Part shown: in pieces, positions 46,530 to 58,228 of the stretch
Layout of the letters: the number at the start of each line of letters is the position of its first letter
How positions within the stretch are numbered: position 1 is the first letter of the stretch
NCBI GenBank assembly: GCA_937625935.1
Contig: OW569371.1
Coordinates: forward strand, 186,001-250,000
Direction of reading: 5' to 3'
Source of the DNA: Tetramitus jugosus
Taxonomy: Eukaryota > Protista > Heterolobosea
Length of the DNA: 64,000 nucleotides
The notes under the pieces: generated by a model
Seen by the model: the letters and a program-made list of their open reading frames with translations, nothing else
Databases searched by the model: none
Told to the model about the DNA's origin: nothing
Position numbers and translations under genes: made by a program

Positions 46530-49319
46530 ATGAGCACGACGAGCTCAGCAGATTTTAGCTTTGATATTGAGGATGAATTTAATTTGGATGAGGATATCAA
46601 AGAAAATTTGTCCAAAGAGAATAAAGAATCTCCAGAGCATGAGATGAATGAAGTCCCTGCTTCAAGTCCTGAAGAAGCCATCGTGGATCAAGCAGTCTCC
46701 CAAGAACCATTGGAATCTTCTTCATTCCACAATCTTGTGAGTGAAGAAACTTCAATCAAGCTAGAAGAAGGTGGCGATTTCGATTTTGACGATTTTGAGG
46801 ACTATTCCCTTGATGAAGGATTGAAAGAATCAACCTCGGAGAAGAAAGAGGCTCTAAACGAGCATGAAGATATAACAAACACCATGAAATCATTGACTAT
46901 TAATGTGAATCCTGATGTTGTGATGATCCATGAAGGAGAAAATGAATCAATGAATGATGAAGAAAGAAGTCAAACTACTCTAGAAGAGGTCAACTCAAAG
47001 CCCCACAGATCGTCGACGAATAGAAAGGAACGTTACAAAACACTGATGGGTTCTCTTACAAAACAAATGTTGAAAGAAAGGAAGATGAAAGAGAAAGCTC
47101 AACATAACAAAGAAAAGAGTAACTTATGGTATGATCGAGATAAGAAATGGTACAACGACGAGGAGGTAAAAAGGTATATGAAAAGAAAGCATGTAGTTGT
47201 GAGTGAGAAAATGAAAGAGACAAAGAATGAGAGGAAGAAAACGCATGAAGCAGTTAGTTCCAAGCTAAAACAGTTGGACGAATGGATTAAGGACCAATTT
47301 AAACATCGTCAAGTGAAAACATCACCAACAACTTCGAAACGAACAAAACGGGAACCCCAAGGAATGATACAAGTCGTTCCTCAACCTACTCAACCTCTTG
47401 GATTCTTGGATACAATAGCATCAAAACGAGCCAAACGAGAAACAATGAAAGAATATGGCGACCAGATTAGACAAAAAAGAGTTAAAATTCATCAACACTT
47501 AACTGAACTACGACTGAAAGAAGAAGAAGAAAGATTGGAAAAAATAAGAAGCAAACGAAAGATAAAGGCATACATGCCAAAATTGCATTTCTCAGAGGAG
47601 AATGTCAACCTTAAGATCATGCGATTTCAAGGAGAGAGACCATCTTCTGCACCATCAAAGTTACTTCACGACGGAGCATACTTTCCTGTTGTCGAAAGGT
47701 CTGAAAAAAGGCCTTTACATGCGAGCTATGACGAGTTAGAAGCTGATTTAAGTAATATCACATTCATAACATCAGAGCAATCAGAAAATAGTATTGAGGA
47801 AGTTGTCGAATTTGTTGGCAAGTCAACACAAAGCACAGAAAGAAAGCCATCCCCTGACATGTCAATGAAATTCACCCAAACAGATCAATCACAAAGCGAA
47901 CAGCTTATCTCACCCCAACCAAAACAAACAAACTCTAAAGATCAATGTTCATTGGAAAGAAATGGCAATAGTCAATCCTGTTCAAGATTTGAGCGTTCTT
48001 TGTCAGGCACTAGAGAGTTCGCCAGAAATCCTGAAACTCAATTTCCATATGACCTTCCAAACGATTTCTATGTCGAAACAGGAAGATTCATACCAATGAG
48101 AAACGAGAACGATGTCGAATATCTATTAGGAGAATCTTATGTGGACGAGTTTATCCATGATTCCCCTGAAGTAAGTCAAATCGATTGGGAATATGATCAG
48201 TATGTCATGGGCAATGCGTCCCAGAAAACTTCGGTGGATATTCGAGACTATATTGCTTTTCGAAACTCCCCAGCCCCCTCTGATTCCTCCCTTCGAGAAT
48301 GGCTCTCTAATCAAGTAGGATCAAAACTACTGGTTAACTCGGATCGAAGTTGGCCCTCTTCAATCAATTCGATTGAAGTGGAAACAATCTTCCCAACAGT
48401 GAGGAGTAATGAGGAATCGGATATCGATTCAATTGACAAAGAATCTGAACGCCCATGGAGTTCCTCTTCTTTAGAGGATCACATGAATCGACCTTCATTT
48501 AAAACATTTTGTTCCCACTATCGCACTTATTTTCAGAGACAAATCCCATTGCATGGTTCATTGGTTGATAGTATCCCTGAAAAAGGAGAACAAAGTGAAG
48601 TTTTCCTTCAGAACTTGTTAAGCGACGATCCAGATCCTTTCAACATTGTAACAGCTGTGGCTCTCAAGAAGAAAGTTCAATCAAAGCAGAGCGAACCAAA
48701 GTCAATTGAAGGGAGAACATACGTGAGAGAAGATAATGTTCCTCAACAACCATACCTCCAACCCGATATCCAACCAGACACAAATTCTACAGAAGAAAGT
48801 ACTTCGAAAAAGGAATCAACCACCAATCTTGACTTTGCCAATCAATTTATTGAAACTTTAGAGATGTACAAACAAGAACTGGAAAAGGTTCAACGAGATA
48901 ATCTTGAACTAATGAAACTACATACAGAAGCTTCGAGCAAGAAGAATATGGAGAATTGCTCCCCAACACCAGAGAAAGAAGATGATGTCCCATCTACAAC
49001 CAACCCCAAATTGGAGCTATCCAAACAACCAACACTATTGGGCGAACAAGATCCCACAAGTCGAATGATCTATTCACCGGATGAACTTGCAAACCAACTA
49101 AGAGCAGCTTTCGACTTTTATGAAAGTACTCAAGAATCAAGAATACAACTTGCAATCATGGAACAAGTGAAGACAGTGTCAGAAACCCAACAAGAGAGTG
49201 CTGCAATGGCACACGCTGTGCATGCACTCCAATCAGATTCACGCTCTCTTACGCAACACAACAAAGAGCTCAGAGATCTAGTTGAAAAATACCGGTCCGT
49301 AACGAATCCGTGGGAATAA
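46530..49319 (+). CDS. Hypothetical charged coiled-coil protein
   Basis: Uninterrupted ORF of about 930 aa, E/K-rich; no recognisable domain. Confidence 0.65.
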   Translation: MSTTSSADFSFDIEDEFNLDEDIKENLSKENKESPEHEMNEVPASSPEEAIVDQAVSQEPLESSSFHNLVSEETSIKLEEGGDFDFDDFEDYSLDEGLKESTSEKKEALNEHEDITNTMKSLTINVNPDVVMIHEGENESMNDEERSQTTLEEVNSKPHRSSTNRKERYKTLMGSLTKQMLKERKMKEKAQHNKEKSNLWYDRDKKWYNDEEVKRYMKRKHVVVSEKMKETKNERKKTHEAVSSKLKQLDEWIKDQFKHRQVKTSPTTSKRTKREPQGMIQVVPQPTQPLGFLDTIASKRAKRETMKEYGDQIRQKRVKIHQHLTELRLKEEEERLEKIRSKRKIKAYMPKLHFSEENVNLKIMRFQGERPSSAPSKLLHDGAYFPVVERSEKRPLHASYDELEADLSNITFITSEQSENSIEEVVEFVGKSTQSTERKPSPDMSMKFTQTDQSQSEQLISPQPKQTNSKDQCSLERNGNSQSCSRFERSLSGTREFARNPETQFPYDLPNDFYVETGRFIPMRNENDVEYLLGESYVDEFIHDSPEVSQIDWEYDQYVMGNASQKTSVDIRDYIAFRNSPAPSDSSLREWLSNQVGSKLLVNSDRSWPSSINSIEVETIFPTVRSNEESDIDSIDKESERPWSSSSLEDHMNRPSFKTFCSHYRTYFQRQIPLHGSLVDSIPEKGEQSEVFLQNLLSDDPDPFNIVTAVALKKKVQSKQSEPKSIEGRTYVREDNVPQQPYLQPDIQPDTNSTEESTSKKESTTNLDFANQFIETLEMYKQELEKVQRDNLELMKLHTEASSKKNMENCSPTPEKEDDVPSTTNPKLELSKQPTLLGEQDPTSRMIYSPDELANQLRAAFDFYESTQESRIQLAIMEQVKTVSETQQESAAMAHAVHALQSDSRSLTQHNKELRDLVEKYRSVTNPWE

Positions 49320-49494
49320 CAATTTCCCTGCTGCTGGCATCATGGATCACCACCAGAAAGGAATTGACCCAAAAGGCAGCTCAGCATCAGACAATATCGT
49401 TTCTAACAGAAATAATGCCCGAAGGTGCGGATCGCGATTTTGTAATAATGCAACAATTTATTGTTTATTACTACTCATAACTGAAGAATTCTAT

Positions 49495-50829
49495 TTACTC
49501 GCTGAGGCCATCATTCCTATCCAATCGCCACTTCTTTTCCTTTCTTTGCTTATCTTCCAGGGTGTCCTTCCATTGTTGGGCTTCCTCTTCTCTTCCCAGT
49601 ATCAGTGCCCGCAAATCCTCTCTCCATCGAGAATCAGATGGCAATGGATCGTCAATTGGTGTCGGATACAGTGGAACAGCATCCGATATGCTCCACAATC
49701 GTTCCGTCTTCTTATTCATTGTCAAATCAATGAATCCGAGCCATGATCCATCAATCGTTCCCAGTATTTGATCACTCGAGTTCTTAATCTCACCTCTCAC
49801 GGTGTCACTAGGTGTTTTGGCTGATTGGAAAAAGCTCCTAATAAATCCCTTTTGATCCGGATGGAAAACAAGCTCACAAGTCAAATCATTGGTCACGTCT
49901 CTGTACTTGACAACACCATAATACTCCATGATACGCTCACCCCACATGACTCCCTTGAGCCAAAACAGTGGTAATTCATACTCAATGACACAACCGTCTC
50001 TGAACTGTATGCGATGTGGTCCGGTTTGACCTCCCTTGAGTGCATTGCCTCGAATAGAAGCCAAGTAACCCGCTTGTCCCGTATATACAAAGTCTCCATT
50101 GTTTGCAGAGAGCTCCCATGCTGTGACTGGTGGATGATGAGAGATTTGTTCGACATAAACGAGTGCTCCACCATTGTCATCACTTGTGCTGCTGCTGCTA
50201 TTATTCTTCTTACTGTTACTGCTATTCTCTTGTTGAGCCGAGTATTGTGCTTGATATGTTTCACCGAGAATGGGATTGAATGGCTTGAGACAAGTGCCCG
50301 TCTGATGAAGTCCACTCATACTGAACGCAATCACAAGTGCCATTCTCTTGACAGGATCCTTCTCCTGTGCGGCCTTGTACAAAAATTCATGATAAAAGGC
50401 CCAATTGTCACAAACTCTGTGCAAAAAGGAACGTGGTTCAAACAAGTAGACTGGTAATGATACAGAAACGAGGTCTTTACCCTCTAATAGGTTACTTCCA
50501 ATCTTCTTTACCAAATCCCACATGCTCTTCCTATATATATCGAGAGAGAGAGAGGACATGATATATTAGTCAGTAAACAAGTTTCGGACCGAAAAAAAAA
50601 ATGACAATGAATTCAACCGAAAAAAAAAACAACATTGAACAACAAACCTTTGCTTCTGAATGCCATCTATATCAGTAAAAATGTAACCTCCATCAGCGTG
50701 ACAGCTTGTGCTTCTACCATCGTTACCCACTGGTTTGACTTCAATTTTTGGAGCAAAGTTGAGTGGAATTGGTTCACGAATTGTTGTTGGAATATACTTG
50801 TTTGTTGATAAAATTTCCTTTTCTTGCAT
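49495..50829 (-). CDS. Oxysterol-binding protein (short ORD-only); intron 50531-50647
   Basis: SLPVYLFEPRSFL, KPFNPILGETY, EQISHHPP, LPSDSRWRED; GTTTGT..TAG intron in frame. Confidence 0.92.
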
Positions 50830-51481
50830 ACTTGTTATTTGATGTTTGTTGTTGTTGTTGAGCTGATTTGGTGTCGGTTCGTTGTTGAGAGTTTGTTGTT
50901 GAGAGAGCTTTTTTTTCGTAACAGAGTTTTTTTGTTTGTTTGGACGAAGAAAAAAGGTGTGATAAGTTAGAGAGAGTGTTGGGTTGAGGTGGGAGTCGTT
51001 GGTTGTTGCTTGCTGCTGCTTGCTACGGTGATTTTTTTATTTGTCTTCAGAGAGAGCTGAGAGCTGATGATGCTTGTTGTGGTGTGTCCGGTGTGATTTT
51101 TTTGGGTTCTGTGTGGGAAAAAAAACTACGCCAGCAAAATTTTGAGCGGCAAGAGTTGTTGGAGGCTTTGCTTGGGGAATTTTTTTGGGTTTCTGGAGTG
51201 CGGTTTCACGCGTTTGGGTGCTTGCGCATCGGAGACCCGACTATTCCATCACGAATAATAGCTGATGTTTCATGTTGTAAGATGGTATCATGCATTCCTG
51301 TAAATTTCTCATTGGCTTCTTCACATTGGCACATTGGAATTGAAGATTCTCGTGGCGAATCTTGTTGATGGGAAGGAAGGATTGGAAATGCAAATAAACT
51401 TCTGTCACAACCAACGCTTAAGATTTGAAGGATTCAGAACAGATCCGGTTTTGAATTTGAAGAATGTTATGAACACTTTAA

Positions 51482-52750
51482 TCATTTCTTGTTGGTTACT
51501 CTAGCTGGTAATTCCAGCATAGATGGAGGCTTCATTCGAATGGATACTCTATGATTGCCAATGACTGAAATGGCAGGATAATACTCAATATTTTTTGTGG
51601 GAATGTCTGCAATAGTGTGAAAGTACTCGCTGTTCTTGAAGAGATGCATAGAAGCAGTCCCTGAGCTGTTCAAATTCTGTAAATCAAGTTCGATAGCAAT
51701 TGTGTCACCTGTACTGAACTTAAATTTCTTCTCGTACAGAATAGATCGATTATGTACTCGATATTCGTGGGATCTGTGAATGGAATGTTCACCAATGTTA
51801 TAGCCAATTCCTTCGCTGTTGTAGCCAATAATCTGACTGCTTGCCGTAGATGTAAAGTCATATGTGCTTCTCTCAATGCCAACAAATATTCGATACGCAT
51901 TATAAGGTCCATTATCGTGGTAATCCAGGGTGTACTCCCAACAATGAATCATCCCCATCTTAAGTTTTTTGTTGGCTCGAATGGTGTCCCATTTGATATT
52001 CTTCTCACTTGATATGGTCTTATTGTTGTTGTGCATTTGAATGTTGGAGTCTCCTGTCCTTGTCAAGGGATCCCACTTGATCATATTAGAAAAAACAGAT
52101 GCTCTCCACATGGTTGCTAGACACTCGTTGTCAATGATACTCTCTTCACTCTTAATGACATCCAAATTTCCATCTGATAAGCATTCCTTATCATCAGAGG
52201 CGACCTCTTCAGAAAAAGAGTCATCCTTCTCAACTGCACTCTCAATGCCACTCTCATTATCACTCTCCTCACTTCTTGTTGTCATTGAGTGTTCATCCAA
52301 TGTCATCCATTGAAAGGATTTCCAGAATTGTGTTTTCTCCTTCTTCTCCATTTCTCGTTTCTCTTTGTTTTGGTTACTTTTCATCCTCAGTTCTTCCAAA
52401 TATTGGTTGAGAGCTCGAGTGGCTTCATGGTCAACCTGTGTGAGACCGAGGTGACTAGCCATTGACTTCCACACATATCCATCAGCCTCTGGACTCAACA
52501 CTAACAATGAACCATGGTGGCAACTCAACGAGATCGAATACAGATCCGGAACGCACAAGAATGTCAAAATGTACATTTGAAGATCACATGACAACAACTC
52601 GTAAATATTGAGAGTCAAATACTCTTCGGGTCTTCCCTGCTGACTATTGGTGGATCCACCAGTTGTTTCTGGTACGTGTGTCACTTGCATCATTTTTTGG
52701 AACAAGTGTTGTTGCGTCATCATCCAGTTCCACACATAAGAACTCGCCAT
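51482..52750 (-). CDS. F-box plus SPRY/B30.2 protein
   Basis: [26 protein letters not shown] (F-box); [35 protein letters not shown] (SPRY). Confidence 0.75.
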   Translation of the reverse strand: MASSYVWNWMMTQQHLFQKMMQVTHVPETTGGSTNSQQGRPEEYLTLNIYELLSCDLQMYILTFLCVPDLYSISLSCHHGSLLVLSPEADGYVWKSMASHLGLTQVDHEATRALNQYLEELRMKSNQNKEKREMEKKEKTQFWKSFQWMTLDEHSMTTRSEESDNESGIESAVEKDDSFSEEVASDDKECLSDGNLDVIKSEESIIDNECLATMWRASVFSNMIKWDPLTRTGDSNIQMHNNNKTISSEKNIKWDTIRANKKLKMGMIHCWEYTLDYHDNGPYNAYRIFVGIERSTYDFTSTASSQIIGYNSEGIGYNIGEHSIHRSHEYRVHNRSILYEKKFKFSTGDTIAIELDLQNLNSSGTASMHLFKNSEYFHTIADIPTKNIEYYPAISVIGNHRVSIRMKPPSMLELPARVTNKK

Positions 52751-52847
52751 CGGGAATTCTCCCCAACACGAACAGAAAAAGTGTTTCTTGGCTTCTTGGC
52801 AGAAGAACAACAAACCCACAACACACAAAGAAAAGAGAGCATCAAAA

Positions 52848-54242
52848 ATGGATACTTTATCATTCGAGTTAACCAAGTGGCCCAAAGTACCTATTCCAGT
52901 CACTTATCTCTCCACACTTTACAATGACAGGTCAACCTCTGACTTTACAATTGTCCTTCCAAGGAGTCAACGTGAAATTTACGTTCACAAGTTAATTTTG
53001 GGTTCGGCCAGTGGTTTCTTCCGAGGTCTCTTCCACAGTGGCATGAGTGACGCGTCTGACTCGAGTTACACGTTTCAAGTCGAGGATCACGAACTTTCGT
53101 TGGATCCGGATTTGGCTGAGAGAGCATTTGGATATGTGATTCAAATGTTGTACACTGCCAGTTTTTCATGCCTGAGAGGTGAGGGTGATAATGATGAAAC
53201 CAAGCAAGAGAACAAGGACGAGTTGCAAGATTCTTCTGCTGGGGCTACTATAGAGAATCAAGCAGAAGAAGCAATCAGCAAGGATCTCAAGGTAGTTTTT
53301 CAAATGTTGTTCATTAGCAACTTTTTGCAGATCAAGGACTTGATCTCAGCGTGTTCATTCGTATTGAGTCGCTCAATATCCGAAGCCAATTGCTTCTATT
53401 ATTTCATGTTGCCTCCGACAGAAGAGATGTTTGAACTCAAGAGACGAGCGGTAGAGTTCTTTGCGGAGAATAAGAGACGTAGTCTGTTGGATACTAATCT
53501 GTCGCACTTGTCTTATGAGGTGCTTGTTGGACTATTGGTGTCAAAGCCAATGAGGTTGTCAGAGGAGGAAACATCCATTCTTTTCGATTTCTGGAAGGCA
53601 GGTGATGTGGAGTCACGCGAGTCATTGAGAGAACAATTCATGAATGATATTAAGGAACCGAGTATCGAGAGCTTATCGTGGTATGAATCCAAGTTGAAGG
53701 ATATAACAGAGGAGCCCTTTGGAGTGTTCGAAGCTCTTAAATATATAAAGAGAGAGAGCAGAGTATTGTGTATCGGATTGGACGCAGGTGGCAAGACCAC
53801 CTTACTCTATCGATTGAAGTTGGGCGAGTGTGTCACTACAATTCCAACGATTGGCTTCAATGTCGAAACAATCGAGCACTCCAATAACAACATCACTGTT
53901 TGGGATGTTGGTGGTGGAGATAAGATTCGTCCGTTGTGGCGCCATTACTTTAGTAATTGTAATGCCATCATAGTTGTAGTGGACAGTAATGATCGTGAAC
54001 GTTTGAGTGAGCTCAAAGAAGCCATCGACAATTACATCTTAGGTGACAATGAAACCTCTGGTCTTCCAATTTTATTCTGGGCCAATAAGCAAGATTTACC
54101 AAATGCGTTGCCAGTGTCCGAACTAACAGAGAGACTTGGTTTGCATTCCATCACACAAAGACCTTGGTACATACAAGCATGTTGTGCCATCACTGCTGAT
54201 GGTTTGGAGGAGGGTCTTGATTGGTTGGTCAGTGCTATGTAA
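52848..54242 (+). CDS. BTB/POZ-Arf GTPase fusion protein
   Basis: [23 protein letters not shown] (BTB); [45 protein letters not shown] (Arf); one uninterrupted ORF. Confidence 0.88.
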   Translation: MDTLSFELTKWPKVPIPVTYLSTLYNDRSTSDFTIVLPRSQREIYVHKLILGSASGFFRGLFHSGMSDASDSSYTFQVEDHELSLDPDLAERAFGYVIQMLYTASFSCLRGEGDNDETKQENKDELQDSSAGATIENQAEEAISKDLKVVFQMLFISNFLQIKDLISACSFVLSRSISEANCFYYFMLPPTEEMFELKRRAVEFFAENKRRSLLDTNLSHLSYEVLVGLLVSKPMRLSEEETSILFDFWKAGDVESRESLREQFMNDIKEPSIESLSWYESKLKDITEEPFGVFEALKYIKRESRVLCIGLDAGGKTTLLYRLKLGECVTTIPTIGFNVETIEHSNNNITVWDVGGGDKIRPLWRHYFSNCNAIIVVVDSNDRERLSELKEAIDNYILGDNETSGLPILFWANKQDLPNALPVSELTERLGLHSITQRPWYIQACCAITADGLEEGLDWLVSAM

Positions 54243-55690
54243 TCACACAATACATTGACCTTCAATTCGGTAGCAATAAAACTGCTGTTCTGCGTATTTA
54301 CAACAATTGATAAAATGAGAATGGGCGTTCAGAACTTGTCAAGAAAAACATACGTGCTGTCACCAAAACTACTCGCTACTCTGATTAGTTGTTGGTTGGC
54401 CAGGTATGTACCAAGTGCAATTCTCTACAAGGCAGTATCACAAACCGTGCGCAACTAATGATATGTGTCTGGAGGATATCTTTCCCCTCTGCAGGTCGGA
54501 GTAAGGTTTCAGCTGAAAGTGTTAATATCCAAAATGAGATGCCTGTTCAGATTCTCTCAACAAAACAGAAACCACCCCTCGCGGGATTTTTCTTTGAAGC
54601 AGGAAGTAAGGAAAATTGCTGTAGTGGTTGCTTAAAGCTAATCTCTTAAGATGCAACAAAAGAGATGGCAAAGGTGAATTCGCACCCTTTTATTATGGTT
54701 TTAAGGAACTTGGGATGTTGTTTGGAACTTTTTTGTGAACTCTTTCTGAAAATTTGAAAAGAGCTGGGGCAATACAAGATATTAGTCTGTCTAGCTCTGT
54801 TTAAGTCCCATATAATATGAACATGAAGAAGCTTGCTCTTGTTGATGTAGGGAGAAACAGAGCAAGCCAAACAATAAACAACAAGTTTCCTCATAATGTC
54901 ATAATGGAGCAATCAAAAATTTCAATCCGATAAAGTATGTAACAGCAAACCGTGGAACAGAAAAGTTCAGAACACTTCGTGTTTTGTATTCGTTTTTTAC
55001 TCACATCGTTCAGTAGCAATAGGAATGTCATAAGCGAAAGAAAGATAAAGTAGTTTTTAGAAAATTAGTTGTGGAAAAAAGTGGCCTACTAAACCCTTGG
55101 GTATCACCAGGCTGATGAGTATACAAAACAAAAGCCAACATAATTATGTTGGCATATGGGTCAGCTCACGACACTCAATCAGTGTATTCGAACAGAATGC
55201 CCTGAGAACTGTAACAGCACTACAGTGACTGGAGGTATAAAAGGCGGTATGATTGGCTCCACACGAACTCTTCGTGCAGTCTACCACACCGTTTCTAAAA
55301 TGTTGATTCAATCCTCTCTCAAAGAATGTACTCGGTATTGTTTGGTTGCATGACGTCTGAGCTTAACAACAGATTCACTCATTGTTTGTGTGCACAATCA
55401 CTCTTGAATCAGTTGAGGACACATGAGTTACAAAAGTAATGGGCAATCGTTCTTTCATCTTAAGTTCAATGGGGAAAGGAATATTGTTGTATTGTTGACC
55501 TGGCAAATCGAACCCACATATCAATACTCTTTGACTCTCTGTGACAAAGATGGAGTGATTAAATGCGTTAAATGCAATCAAAACTCTTTCCTTTATCGCG
55601 TCCAGCGGAGACAGATTAATCACTCTTCCCTAAGACCGAGCTTGTAATAATCGAAAAGTACTGAGAACTCGCGCTTTCACAAGAGTCCGT

Positions 55691-56289
55691 TTTTTTAATA
55701 CAACCAGTGGTTGCGCTATTTATTCTGTGTCTCTTCTCTTTACACGAGGGAACTAGTATGATTGTGACGGCAGAATGCCACATTTCTTCTTTAATAGTGA
55801 CGGCAGAGCATCAGCAACCAGTCATGTTCTTAGAGCTTGTGAAGAGGCGATGCATCACCTCCACACATCTCCTCTTGGTGTTGTCCACAAACCGTTTAGC
55901 TTTCTGCTTGGCTACCTCCTTCTTGATTCCACTCTTATTGAGTCCTTTGGCCACTTGCTTAACAGCTTGGGTTTCCACCCTAACATTCCTATCAAGTAGT
56001 CTTTACCTGACTTTCTCTGCTCGTTCATTGTTCGTCTTCCATTGCACCATTGCTGGTTATCAAACCAAATATCAACACATTGCGACTTATGCAGACCCAT
56101 AGAGCTTAACCTTTTTGCGACCTCCTTTGAGAGCAAAATCCTTGCCATTCTGGCAACTGGACAATTCACAAGGCAATGCAGGACCGTCTCTTGCTCAAAA
56201 TAGCACTTGGGACACGCCGTGTCCATATCTTCCACTCCATAGAGATGCTTCACCACAGCCCTTGTGTGAAGTGTTTGGCTTTTGACTTG
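55691..56289 (-). mobile_element. Older 5'-truncated non-LTR retrotransposon copy, frameshifted
   Basis: Homologous to the 3' end of 56306-58041 (CPKC..ETVLHCLVNC); short poly(A); flanked by target copies 55675-55690 and 56290-56305. Confidence 0.9.
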
Positions 56290-56305
56290 TTTCACAAAAG
56301 TCCAT

Positions 56306-58041
56306 TTTTTTTTTTTTTTTTTAATACAACCAATGGTTGCGCTGTTTATTCGTTGTTGTTTCTCTTCCACATGATGTAGCTGTTTATGACGGCAGAATGC
56401 CGTCACTTTTGCATTGTTTGTTGCTGGTGCTCGTAGAGCATCAGCAACCAGCCATCTCTTTGGAGGTTGTGAAGAGGCGAAGCATCACCTCAACACATCT
56501 CCTCTTAGTATTATCCACGAACTGTTTTGCTGTCTTCTTGGCGATATCCTTCTTGATTCCACTTTTTTTGAGCCCTTTGGCAACTTGTTTCTTGGCTTGC
56601 GTTTCCACACCTAGCATACCCAACATGTATTGTTTCCCAGTCTTCCTTTGCTCGTTAGGTGTGCGCCTGCCGTTGCACCACTGTTGGTTGTCAAACCATA
56701 TATCCACGCATTGTGACTTGTGCAGTCCCATTGAACTCAGTTTCGCAGCAATTTCCTTTGCGAGCAAAATTCTGGCCATCCTTGCGACGGGGCAGTTGAT
56801 AAGACAGTGTAGAACTGTCTCTTGCTCGAAATTGCACTTCGGACATGTCGTATCCATATCGTCTAGACTATAGAGGTTCTTCACTACTGCCTTTGTGTGA
56901 AGTGTGTGACTTTTGACTTGGGCAACGAACCATTCCAACTGTCTGGTCACCCTAAACGGACACCTCATAAACGAAAAATCAATGACGCCTCCCAAACACT
57001 CCTTTTGAATCCACCACATCTTCTCCATCCCAATTGAATCTCTGTACTGTCTGGTGAATACATTCCAAAGTTGCTTTTTTTCCGTTACTTCAAAGTTATC
57101 CCCGTACATTAGTACTGGCGGAGCTGCTACCCTGTTCTCGTGCTTTTCATTGCACTGGAGCATTTCTAGATCCAAGAGAATGCTCCTGTAACGCAATGCG
57201 CTGATTCCGAAGTTGCCGTGAACTTTAACTAGCTCACTGTGCTTAATCCACTTACCTTCTCTTGTCAGCTGTTTCCTCAGGCAGATACCCACCTTGAAGA
57301 ACTTCTTGGTCACATCATTTGGTTGAGACAGAGAGAGATTGCAACCAAGACAATTCACTTCATCACCATATGCAATTGTTAAACAGTTGTTGTGCATCCG
57401 CTCCGCGCACCATCTGAGATAAGTGTGCTTGACCAACTCCAACCTATTGTTGGACTGAAAGACATTCTCCTTTTGGAATGTTTGCTGAAACTTGATCTCC
57501 TCAAGTGAGTCCAACATAAGTTTGTGAGCTTCGGTGTCACTCTTACCTCTCACCATATCCTTGACGAACCAGGCGGTTCTCACAAGGATTGACTGCTCGA
57601 TTTTGCGCAGACCAAATCCACCATTTTCACTTGAGACCTGCAACAACTCAGACGGGTACCGCCTCATAGCAACGGAGCCTTGTTTGATGAGCGCCTTCCC
57701 CAACTGGTTAACCTTTCTGATCCAACCTTTTGTCCAATGTGTGAATTCACACGCATAAAGGAACACCGGATGGATGCATGTGTTGACGATTCTTGCCACT
57801 TGCCTCGGAGTGAGTTTCATGATACTCAAACGGTTGATCACCCTCTTAACCTTATCTAGCGCTTGCTCCTTTTGTTTGACTGTACAACCATTCAAGTTAG
57901 TGAAGAGCCCCAGTGCCCTGAAGGTTTTTTCACTGCCATTTGCTCGCACTACAACATTGTTGACCACTATGTTGTGCTCAGACCTATTCCTGCCCATCTT
58001 CCGGACATAGAGCTCCAGTTTGTCGGGGTGCATGACCATTT
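56306..58041 (-). mobile_element. 5'-truncated non-LTR (L1-like) retrotransposon upstream of tRNA-iMet
   Basis: Open ORF2 remnant: RT C-terminus (FRALG, GGFGL) plus zf-RVT CPKC..ETVLHCLINC; poly(A) of about 17 nt; perfect 16-bp TSD TTTCACAAAAGTCCAT at 56290-56305 and 58042-58057. Confidence 0.93.
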
Positions 58042-58097
58042 TTTCACAAAAGTCCATATATTTTTTGAATAAAAAGTCTGATAAAAACATCATACAG

Positions 58098-58170
58098 AGC
58101 ATCTTGGCGCAGCGGTTAGCGCGACGGGCTCATAACCCGTAGGTCCCAGGATCGATACCTGGAGATGCTA
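58098..58170 (+). tRNA. Initiator tRNA-Met (CAT)
   Basis: AGCATCTTGGCGCAGCGGTTAGCGCGACGGGCTCATAACCCGTAGGTCCCAGGATCGATACCTGGAGATGCTA; A1-U72, three G-C pairs in the anticodon stem, ATCG T-loop. Confidence 0.95.
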
Positions 58171-58228
58171 AATAACCTTTTTCTTCTTTCCAGTGCAAAG
58201 TCGAACCCAAGAAACCAAACAAAAGCAA

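Noticed and set aside
55105-55160. Hammerhead-like CTGATGAG followed by the 20-bp palindrome GCCAACATAATTATGTTGGC
   Set aside because: GAAA core reads CAAAA, stem II does not pair, and no stem I or proper cleavage triplet is present
54250-55674. Short ORFs, including a weakly RCC1-like fragment at 55375-55623
   Set aside because: Too short and decayed to assign by eye
55912-56406. 164-aa ORF as a gene
   Set aside because: It reads through the 3' UTR, poly(A) (poly-Lys) and TSD of one copy into the next
58042-58102. N-terminus of the 553-aa ORF as a true start
   Set aside because: It lies in the TSD, flank and tRNA; the element is 5'-truncated at 58041
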